A DNA stretch of 64,000 nt, from the NCBI GenBank assembly GCA_019352195.1, contig JACAFG010000005.1:92287-156286 (forward strand). Direction: 5' to 3'. The position numbers were made by a program, and so were the translations under genes. The notes below the pieces were generated by a model. That model had not been told where the DNA came from, did no database searches, and was given only the letters and a program-made list of their open reading frames with translations. The stretch comes from Candidatus Saccharimonadota bacterium. GTDB lineage: Bacteria; Patescibacteriota; Saccharimonadia; UBA4664. Position 1 is the first letter of the stretch, and each line of letters opens with the position of its first letter. Shown piece after piece: positions 9,158 to 17,301 of the stretch.

Positions 9158-9253
9158 TACCACCACTTCGTTCCTTAATTGGAACAAACTCCACTCCAAA
9201 AAACAAAAACTGTGCAGAAACAAAACGTTGACTGCCGAATAGGTGACCTTAAA

Positions 9254-10183
9254 ATGAACACCACCCCACACCAACCAGTTTTATTAGACCAAGTTGTACG
9301 GGTCCTCTCACCAAGGGCTCTTGAGTCGTATCTGGACGGGACAGCCGGGTATGGCGGGCACGCAGCCGCTATAATTGATGCGATCGGCCCGAATGGCCGC
9401 GTCATCCTGGTAGATCGTGACGCCAATGCTACGAGAGCATTAGCAACGCGTTGGGGCGACCAGGCAGAGATTATGAACGCGACCTACCTCGAAGCAGCCA
9501 CACGGCTCGCCGAGGACGGGCCGCTCGTTGATATGATTCTGCTTGATCTGGGGGTGTCGTCACCACAGCTTGATAATGCGGAGCGCGGATTTAGTTTTAA
9601 AGCCGATGCCCCGCTCGATATGCGCATGGACCAGTCGGACTCACGGACGGCGGCCGATATCATCAATAAATATGATGAACGTCGGCTTGCCAAAATCCTC
9701 CGAGACTACGGCGAAGAGCCCAAGGCTAATGCCGTGGCACGAGCCATTGTCGGCGCCCGTCCCCTGGCAACAACGTATGATCTGGCCAAAATCGCCAGAC
9801 GTTACGCGGCTCCCATGAAGGACGTGGATAATGCCACGAGGACGTTTCAGGCCGTGCGTATTGCCGTTAATGATGAGCTCGGTCAGCTCGAACAGGCGCT
9901 ACCTATTTTGGTACGACTGCTCGCTCCCGGCGGAAGGATCGCTGTCATCAGCTTCCATTCGCTCGAAGACCGAATCGTCAAACAGTTCTTTGAGACCGAG
10001 TCACGTGATTGTATCTGCCCGCCTAAGCAACCGATCTGTACCTGTGGTCATGTTGCAACGCTGCGGAAACTGACGTTTAAGCCAATCATCGGTGACTCAA
10101 CCGAAATTGCTATCAACCCGCGAGCCAGGAGTGCAAAGCTCCGCGCCGCCGAAAAACAAAACCAAAATAAAAGGAGCGACTAA
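9254..10183 (+). CDS. rsmH: 16S rRNA (cytosine1402-N4)-methyltransferase
   Basis: N-terminus MNTTPHQPVLLDQVV. SAM-MTase motifs (LDGTAGYGGH, DLGVSS). Position after mraZ. Confidence 0.85.
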   Translation: MNTTPHQPVLLDQVVRVLSPRALESYLDGTAGYGGHAAAIIDAIGPNGRVILVDRDANATRALATRWGDQAEIMNATYLEAATRLAEDGPLVDMILLDLGVSSPQLDNAERGFSFKADAPLDMRMDQSDSRTAADIINKYDERRLAKILRDYGEEPKANAVARAIVGARPLATTYDLAKIARRYAAPMKDVDNATRTFQAVRIAVNDELGQLEQALPILVRLLAPGGRIAVISFHSLEDRIVKQFFETESRDCICPPKQPICTCGHVATLRKLTFKPIIGDSTEIAINPRARSAKLRAAEKQNQNKRSD

Positions 10184-10464
10184 ATGTCGATCAAGATCAG
10201 CAACCTCAGTACCAAAGCAGTTTCTGTGAAGGTGAAAGTTCGCAAGAAATAACTTGCCAGCTAGTTTGCTGGGCGGTGTGGCCACAAATATTGGCGCACC
10301 GCCCGCCCGAAAGGGTAGTAGTGTCATTCCAATTCGGCTCAGCCGAAGCCTGTGAAGCTATTAAAAATTGAAACGAATCCTGAACCGAGTTTAGGATGAC
10401 ATTAGTGTCTAGAAAACGTCCGTTAAGAAAACCAAAATAAAACATCAAAAAGGAGGGCATCCTC

Positions 10465-10785
10465 ATGGCTACCGCAACCCTCGTAGCTCGCCGCAATCAA
10501 AACTTATATCGTCAGCCTACCAAGGTAGTAATGGGACCAACGTCGGCGACGTTTGTCGTTATTGCTCTGGTAGCGGTCCTAGCGCTGCTGTATTTAAACC
10601 AAATTACCAAAACCAGTGTGTTTGGTTATAAATCGGCCGCTTTGTCGGTTCAACTTGATCAAATTAAATCGGATGAGCGCGACATGAACGTCGAAGCGGC
10701 GCGACTCACATCAATTCAGGCAGTTCAGCAATCGGCTGCGGCCAAGGCAATGGTTCCGACTACTCAAATTACTTACGCCAAATAG
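10465..10785 (+). CDS. ftsL: cell division protein FtsL-like (septum formation initiator)
   Basis: About 106 aa. Single TM helix then a coiled-coil segment. Lies between rsmH and ftsI. Confidence 0.55.
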   Translation: MATATLVARRNQNLYRQPTKVVMGPTSATFVVIALVAVLALLYLNQITKTSVFGYKSAALSVQLDQIKSDERDMNVEAARLTSIQAVQQSAAAKAMVPTTQITYAK

Positions 10786-10828
10786 AGTAGCGCGAACGAG
10801 TTTTCAACAGATATGGTAAGGTAGGACT

Positions 10829-12601
10829 GTGGCAAGCGTAAGCGACACAATTCAGCAGAAAAGGCGACTCGACCTCATGCGGATGGGACTCGCCTTTTTT
10901 GCGTTGGTATTGCTGGGTAGATTGTTCTATTTGCAGGTTATCAAACATGCTAGCTACGCGCGGCAGGCGAGCAATGAGCATACCCGAAAAGACGCGCTTC
11001 CGGCGACGCGCGGGGAGTTGTTCGTGCACGATGGTTCGGGCGGCATATCGCCGATCGCGCTCAACCAAACGCTTAATGTGCTGTCAGCTGATCCGAGATT
11101 TGTGAAAGACCAACCGGCTACCGCGCAAAAATTGGCCGCTATTACGGGTGGCTCGGCCGCCGCGTACGAAAAAAGCATGGCGAGCGCGACTGAGTATGCC
11201 AAGCTGGCCGATAGGATTCCAAATGATCAGGCAGCGAAAATTAAGGCCTTAGGATTAACTGGAATTTGGCTGGTGGCTCAGGATTACCGGACGTATCCCG
11301 AGGGTTCGCTGGCGGCGCAAACCCTGGGATTTGTGAACGCGGACGGGACGGGGCAGTACGGAATTGAGCAATATCTAAATCCGGAGCTGACCGGAACTCC
11401 GGGGCAACTGTCGGGTAAAACCGATACGAATGGGGTGCCAATTTATACTTCGGGTAATATTGATAAGCAGCCGATTGATGGCAAAAGCTACGTTTTGACC
11501 ATCGATAGAAACGTCCAAGCCGAAGTTGAACAGGCCTTGGCCGATCGAGTCAAAGCCGTAAACGCCAAAAGTGGTAGCGCGGTGGTGCTTGACCCCAATA
11601 CCGGCGCCGTGATTGCTATGGCGACGTACCCAACTTTTGATCCTAACCATTACGCTAACGTCTCCAATTATGGTGTGTTCTTAAATCAGGTGGTTGACGG
11701 TCAGTTTGAGCCTGGTTCGGGTTTGAAAGTATTCACCATGGCAGCCGGGCTCGATCAAGGTAAAGTGACCCCGGACACCACTTATAACGACCCCCATTGT
11801 TACACCATTGACACGCGTCAAGTGTGTGACGCCGCCACCGACCTACCGGGACCCAACAGGAGCATGACGGTGGTACTACGTGACTCGCTTAACACCGGCG
11901 TGATGTTTGTGCTGCGTAGCCTCGGCGGGGACCCGAATAAGTTTACGCTGGCCGGCAAAAAGACGTTATACGATTACTTCACGAATCACTTCGGCTTTGG
12001 TACGAGTACGGGTATTGAGCAGGCCAATGAGGTTCCGGGCATAGTCAATTTGCCGAGCAACGCTGCCGGTAATGACGTCAATTATGCCAACATGAGTTTT
12101 GGCCAGGGAATTGACGTTACCATGATCCAGATGGTGGCAGCCATGGGCGCAATTGCTAACGGCGGTAAATTATGGCAACCGCATTTGGTTGACGCGGTCA
12201 TGAACGACGACGGCACGCAATCAAGGATTGCGCCAAAACTTGAAAAAGACCATGTAATTTCTGCCGCCGCCGATGCGCAACTTAACCAGATGCTGCAAGT
12301 GGTAGCTAAGCATGGCTCAGGTTATATTGCCGATGCCATGAACCCAAATTATTCCATTGCCGGTAAGACGGGTACGGCGCAAATTCCTAAATCTGATGGC
12401 ACGGGTTACATTGACGGGGCCAATATTGGTTCTTTTATTGGTTACGCGCCGGCTACCAATCCAAAATTTGTGTTGATGGTACGTATCAATGAGCCAGATG
12501 TTACCGGCTACGCTGAAACCACGACGGTGCCATTGTTTGGGCAAATTTGCACGTGGCTGTTTAACTACTACGGCATTGCGCCAACTGGGCAAATAAAGTG
12601 A
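10829..12601 (+). CDS. ftsI: penicillin-binding protein 2B / FtsI-type class B transpeptidase
   Basis: N-terminal TM helix. PBP dimerisation and transpeptidase pattern including IAGKTGTAQ (the KTG box). Position in the dcw cluster. Confidence 0.85.
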   Translation: MASVSDTIQQKRRLDLMRMGLAFFALVLLGRLFYLQVIKHASYARQASNEHTRKDALPATRGELFVHDGSGGISPIALNQTLNVLSADPRFVKDQPATAQKLAAITGGSAAAYEKSMASATEYAKLADRIPNDQAAKIKALGLTGIWLVAQDYRTYPEGSLAAQTLGFVNADGTGQYGIEQYLNPELTGTPGQLSGKTDTNGVPIYTSGNIDKQPIDGKSYVLTIDRNVQAEVEQALADRVKAVNAKSGSAVVLDPNTGAVIAMATYPTFDPNHYANVSNYGVFLNQVVDGQFEPGSGLKVFTMAAGLDQGKVTPDTTYNDPHCYTIDTRQVCDAATDLPGPNRSMTVVLRDSLNTGVMFVLRSLGGDPNKFTLAGKKTLYDYFTNHFGFGTSTGIEQANEVPGIVNLPSNAAGNDVNYANMSFGQGIDVTMIQMVAAMGAIANGGKLWQPHLVDAVMNDDGTQSRIAPKLEKDHVISAAADAQLNQMLQVVAKHGSGYIADAMNPNYSIAGKTGTAQIPKSDGTGYIDGANIGSFIGYAPATNPKFVLMVRINEPDVTGYAETTTVPLFGQICTWLFNYYGIAPTGQIK

Positions 12602-12666
12602 CTGGTTAATCGTCTTTTAACGCTTACGCTCTGAGCTCGAATTATGCTACACTAACAGATAAGATT

Positions 12667-13725
12667 ATGGCTTTAATACCAACAATCAATTTCGTCCACG
12701 CGAAAGAAATTACATCGCTGACCCGGATCGGGACGGTGGCAGTATTATCCTTTGGATTATCGATGCTGTTAACACCGGTTTATACCAAGCTGGCCTTCAA
12801 GTACAAGTGGTGGAAACAAGCGCGTACCAACTCGTCAACGAGCGGTGAAGCCACACCCATTGTGCACCAGCTCCAAGCGGCTAAGCATCAGCGACCGTTT
12901 CCAACGATGGCAGGCATTATTACGATCGTAACAGTACTCATTATTACGCTGCTGCTTAACCTCAGCCGCAGTCAAACCTGGCTCCCGTTGTTTGCCTTCA
13001 CCTGCGCTGGGTTAGTCGGCTTGCTCGACGACTATATTAATGTCCGGGGTTCTAACAATCTGGCCGGTGGGTTGCGCGCCAATATAAAGTTGTGGCTCAT
13101 ACTGGGCGTAGCAATGATCGGCGGATTTTATTTTTACTTTAAGCTCGGGTATCACCTTATTCACGTGCCGGCGGTGGGGGACTTTAGTATCGGTTGGCTC
13201 TACATTCCGTTGTTTGTCTTTGTAGTGGTGGCGACTGCTAACGCGGTTAATATCACCGACGGTTTGGACGGTTTAGCCGGCGGACTGCTCACGACTGCCT
13301 TCGGTGTTTACGCGGTTATTGCTTACTTCCAACAAAGCTACGGCCTGGCGGGTTTTTGTGCCACCATTGTGGGCGCTATGCTGACATACACGTGGTTTAA
13401 TATTTTCCCAGCTCGTTTTCTTATGGGGGACAGTGGGGCATTTGCTCTGGGTACGGCACTGGGTGTGGTAGCTATGCTTACCAACACGGTCTTTGTCTTG
13501 CCTATTATCGCCGGCGTATTTGTCATTGAAGCTGGTTCGAGTGTGCTCCAAATTGCCTCTAAGAAAATTCTCCACCGCAAAATCTTTTTGTCGGCCCCGC
13601 TGCATCATCACCTTGAGGCTATAGGTTGGCCGGAAACCAAGGTCACCATGCGGCTATGGGTGGTGGGGCAAGTATTTGGCGCCGTCGGCCTGATCCTGGC
13701 GCTCATCGGAAATAAAATGTTGTGA
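12667..13725 (+). CDS. mraY: phospho-N-acetylmuramoyl-pentapeptide transferase
   Basis: Polytopic membrane protein with the MraY pattern (NAVNITDGLDGLAGG). Follows ftsI directly; no murE or murF lies between them. Confidence 0.9.
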   Translation: MALIPTINFVHAKEITSLTRIGTVAVLSFGLSMLLTPVYTKLAFKYKWWKQARTNSSTSGEATPIVHQLQAAKHQRPFPTMAGIITIVTVLIITLLLNLSRSQTWLPLFAFTCAGLVGLLDDYINVRGSNNLAGGLRANIKLWLILGVAMIGGFYFYFKLGYHLIHVPAVGDFSIGWLYIPLFVFVVVATANAVNITDGLDGLAGGLLTTAFGVYAVIAYFQQSYGLAGFCATIVGAMLTYTWFNIFPARFLMGDSGAFALGTALGVVAMLTNTVFVLPIIAGVFVIEAGSSVLQIASKKILHRKIFLSAPLHHHLEAIGWPETKVTMRLWVVGQVFGAVGLILALIGNKML

Positions 13726-14942
13726 GCGTAGCCAAGACGCAGACCCTGCGAACCCACCATCCGGATTATGTCATTGCACTTATTATTACGATTTTGCTTG
13801 CCATAGGTCTAGTCATGCTTTATTCGGTAAGTCCTATTTTGAGCCAAAAGCTCACGGGTGTAACGGGCCGTAATTACTACTTTATTAATCAGCTGATGTA
13901 TGTCGGCATTGGGATTGTGGCGTGGATTGTGGCTACGGCCATTCCGTACCACGCTTGGCGTAAATACGCGGTATGGCTGCTTGGCGCGTCAATTTTAGCG
14001 ATGCTCGCCCTGGCCGTGCCCGGGCTTGGCCGGAGCGCTTTGGGTGCGACACGGTGGCTAAAAGTGGGCCCGTTTCAGGTGCAACCCGCCGAAATTCTCA
14101 AGCTGTCGCTCATATTGTACTTAGCCGCGTGGTTCGAACGTCGCTCGAGCGAGGTAAAATCGTTCGTTGATGGCGTTATTCCGTTTGTCATTATGGTGGG
14201 TTCGGCCTGCTTTGTGATCGCGGTGCTGCAACGAGATATGGGTACCATGATGGTGCTCGCTTTTGCGGCTATTGGCATGCTGTTTACTGCGGGAGTGAAG
14301 TGGACACACCTTGGTGTCGTACTCGGTACGAGTGCGATTGGGGCGGGATTACTCATTGCGGCTTTTCCGCACCGTTTGAGCCGTCTAGCAGTGTTTCTCA
14401 ATCCCACCGCGGACGCGATGGGCAGCGGCTACCACATCAATCAGGCGCTGATTGCCGTTGGATCTGGTGGGTTTTTTGGCCTGGGGCTCGGGCATAGTAT
14501 CCAGGTGTACGGTTATTTGCCGGAAGCTGCCAATGACTCGATTTTTGCCATTATCGCCGAGGAATTTGGTTTTATTGGATCCCTCGCGGTAATTGTATTA
14601 TTTGGCTTGCTTATTTATCGCGGCTTGCAGGTGGCGCGCTCTGCACCAGACATGTTTGGACGCTTGGTAGCTACCGGCATTACGCTGTGGCTGTTATTTC
14701 AGGCGGCTATTAATATTGGCGCCATGCTGTCACTATTGCCGCTCACTGGAATTCCGTTGCCGTTTATATCTTACGGCGGCACGAGTTTGGTGATTTCGTT
14801 GTTTGGGGCTGGTATTTTACTGAATATATCTAAGTACACCACGCGAGAGGAGGACTATGCGGATCGTAGTCAGCGGGGGCGGGTCGGCGGGGCATATAAC
14901 CCCAACGCTCGCCGTTTGCGAAAAACTCAAATCGCTCGATAG
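13722..14942 (+). CDS. ftsW: SEDS-family lipid II polymerase FtsW
   Basis: Ten-TM FtsW/RodA pattern (SGGFFGLGLGHS, PFISYGGTSL). 3' end overlaps murG. Confidence 0.85.
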   Translation: MSVAKTQTLRTHHPDYVIALIITILLAIGLVMLYSVSPILSQKLTGVTGRNYYFINQLMYVGIGIVAWIVATAIPYHAWRKYAVWLLGASILAMLALAVPGLGRSALGATRWLKVGPFQVQPAEILKLSLILYLAAWFERRSSEVKSFVDGVIPFVIMVGSACFVIAVLQRDMGTMMVLAFAAIGMLFTAGVKWTHLGVVLGTSAIGAGLLIAAFPHRLSRLAVFLNPTADAMGSGYHINQALIAVGSGGFFGLGLGHSIQVYGYLPEAANDSIFAIIAEEFGFIGSLAVIVLFGLLIYRGLQVARSAPDMFGRLVATGITLWLLFQAAINIGAMLSLLPLTGIPLPFISYGGTSLVISLFGAGILLNISKYTTREEDYADRSQRGRVGGAYNPNARRLRKTQIAR

Positions 14943-15984
14943 CAGCCTCGAGTTGCTGTACATCGGTCAGGCCTCGAGCATGGAAGCTCGCATTGTGGCT
15001 GCGGCTAAAATTCCGTTTGCCTCAATTCAAGCCGGTAAGCTGCGGCGGACGAAGAGTCTCCAGGCGGCCATGCTTAATGTCCGCGATATGGCATTGGCGG
15101 TGACTGGGGTAGCACAGGCGACGAAGGTGTTGCGCCAATTCAAACCCGACATTGTCTTTCTCAAAGGCGGCTATGTGTGTTTGCCCGTGGGCGTGGCGGC
15201 AAAATTGCTCAGAATTCCTTATGTTATTCATGAATCGGATATTCATGTCGGGCTTACCAATCGTATTTTGGCTCGTTGGGCAACGACGATTGCCGTCGGT
15301 TTTCCGGTGAAAAATTATCATGATTTTGATCCCGACAAACTGGTTTTTACCGGTAATCCCGTCCGTCATGGGCTGCTTCGGGCCCACCGGCTAGAGGGCT
15401 TGGCGGCGTTTAAGCTTGAAGGGGCGTTACCGGTAATTTTGGTGACGGGCGGGTCGCAGGGAGCGCGCCAGGTGAATGACGTTGTCTTGGATGCTTTGCC
15501 TGAGCTGCTCGAGCGCTATCAGGTAATTCATCAAACAGGCGACGGCGAAATTGGCCGGATTAAGTTTGAATTATCACGTCGAAAACTCAAATATATTAAA
15601 CGCTACCGCCCGGTGGCTTTCCTTATGGCCGAAATGCCGATGGCGCTCGCCGCTGCAGATTTGCTGATAGCGCGAGCGGGCGCGCAAACGATTGCCGAAG
15701 CGGCCGTGCTAGCTAAACCAACCGTACTAATACCGAACTACCAAGCGGCAGCACATCAGCAGGAAAACGCCAAAGTCCTCGCCCGCGCGGGCGCGGCGCG
15801 CGTCTTAAATGGCGCTACGGTGACGCCCGGACAGCTGGTAGGGGAGGTGAGACGCATTTTGGACAATCCGCACGAGCTGGAGCTATTGGGGCAGGGGATT
15901 AAGGCGTTTGGCCGCCCGCACGCCGCGGCAGATTTGGCGAAGCTCATCTTACGGGTGGCAGGGCAGGGGAGAACGCGTGGCTGA
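14857..15984 (+). CDS. murG: UDP-GlcNAc:undecaprenyl-PP-MurNAc-pentapeptide GlcNAc transferase
   Basis: MRIVVSGGGSAGHITP N-terminus (GT28 G-loop). GAGGAGG RBS. Confidence 0.85.
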   Translation: MRIVVSGGGSAGHITPTLAVCEKLKSLDSSLELLYIGQASSMEARIVAAAKIPFASIQAGKLRRTKSLQAAMLNVRDMALAVTGVAQATKVLRQFKPDIVFLKGGYVCLPVGVAAKLLRIPYVIHESDIHVGLTNRILARWATTIAVGFPVKNYHDFDPDKLVFTGNPVRHGLLRAHRLEGLAAFKLEGALPVILVTGGSQGARQVNDVVLDALPELLERYQVIHQTGDGEIGRIKFELSRRKLKYIKRYRPVAFLMAEMPMALAAADLLIARAGAQTIAEAAVLAKPTVLIPNYQAAAHQQENAKVLARAGAARVLNGATVTPGQLVGEVRRILDNPHELELLGQGIKAFGRPHAAADLAKLILRVAGQGRTRG

Positions 15985-16771
15985 TCGGCAAATACGCACA
16001 AATGGTCGGCCGAGCTATGGCCGGCCCGTGCCACCACGCCCGCGCGGCCGAACGCGGCCGTCGTTTAAGCTCGGGCTTATCCCGCGGCGCCTCCTATTGT
16101 TGGCAATTGCGCTGGTGGTCGTGATTTTGGGGCTCAGGCAAGTGTTTAGCATTCGGACTATTACGGTGGTGCCGGCTAACCCTACCACGGCTGCTGAAGC
16201 TAAGCAGATCTTGGGCGCCAGCTGGTCGCTAGGCAATGCGCTGACGTTTAATGGCTCGTCGTTTAGTTCTAAGCTGACGGCCATGGACGCAACGATTAAG
16301 AGTGTCTCCACGACAAGATTATTGCCGTCGGGTCTGCGCGTGGTTGTGACATTCAAGCAGCCCAGCCTGGGCTGGCTGAGTGGCAACGAGGGCCACTTAC
16401 TCGACGTTGATGGTACGGCTATTGGCGTGCTGCCAGCCGGTAATAAATTACCGGTAGTAACGGACGACTCCAACTTGCCGGTCACGGCTGGTCAGGCGGT
16501 GGTAGCGCCACGCTTCGTTAGCTTTGTCACTGGCGTATCCAAACAATTACCGAACACCGGCTTAACTGCGACGAAGTACGAAATTAAGGACACAACCTTT
16601 GATTTGTACGTTACAACCAATAAAGGCTATCAGCTTATTTTGGACACTAGCAGGCCAGTGGGGGATGAGATGGGGGATCTGACCGCTGTGCTTAACAACT
16701 TGAAGCAAACAGGTAAAACCCCAGCGCAATACATTGATCTACGCATTGCCGGACGCGCGTATTATAAGTAA
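15977..16771 (+). CDS. FtsQ/DivIB-like cell division protein (start uncertain; GTG at 15977 overlaps the murG stop)
   Basis: Arg-rich cytoplasmic tail and a single TM helix, then a periplasmic domain. Last gene of the cluster. The annotated longer ORF starts at 15908. Confidence 0.45.
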   Translation: MADRQIRTNGRPSYGRPVPPRPRGRTRPSFKLGLIPRRLLLLAIALVVVILGLRQVFSIRTITVVPANPTTAAEAKQILGASWSLGNALTFNGSSFSSKLTAMDATIKSVSTTRLLPSGLRVVVTFKQPSLGWLSGNEGHLLDVDGTAIGVLPAGNKLPVVTDDSNLPVTAGQAVVAPRFVSFVTGVSKQLPNTGLTATKYEIKDTTFDLYVTTNKGYQLILDTSRPVGDEMGDLTAVLNNLKQTGKTPAQYIDLRIAGRAYYK

Positions 16772-17136
16772 GGCTCAAGCTGAAATTGGAGCTCCGACTT
16801 CCCTGTTTCTAGTTCGGTTTTTGTCTGGCCCATATCCGAACAAAATTATAGAGTGCACCACGGGGAAAATTCCCCGAGTAAATAAGAGCTAGTAGGGGGC
16901 AAAAGTGCGAAAAATGAGAAAATTCAAATTCAGCTTAAAAACCGGCTAGAACGGGCTTTTAGCTCATATGTGGCTTTGGCGTCGCAAAATATACATTGTG
17001 CGACATTGAGTCTATTGATGAGAAGATGACTACTACTACCCCTTTCGTATTCCATAATATCCTTATGCCAAGCCAATAAGCGCATTCTGAGTTATTTTGT
17101 GCAGTGATCTTGCTTCTCGTCGGTCTGTCTTTTGTC

Positions 17137-17189
17137 TTAATAGCCTAAGTCCCCCGCTCTAAATTAGAGCGGGGGACTTAGGCTATTAA
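17137..17189. terminator. perfect ~26-bp-arm palindrome (CTTAATAGCCTAAGTCCCCCGCTCTAA-a-TTAGAGCGGGGGACTTAGGCTATTAAG) between convergent operons
   Basis: Seen directly in the sequence. No flanking T-runs, so it could also be a protein-binding site. Confidence 0.5.
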
Positions 17190-17301
17190 GTTGGCGTGGT
17201 TTGGGGCGAGAGTACTCGGTAACTATGGGACGCGCTTCTACGCGAGCTGGGCGGGCGGTATAAGCCCAAAGTGTAAGACAGGGTTACACGGGGCGCTGGG
17301 G

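Noticed and set aside
10184-10252. 22-codon ORF (MSIKISNLSTKAVSVKVKVRKK) directly after the rsmH stop
   Set aside because: Too short, no RBS spacing, and not enough signal to call. Could be chance.
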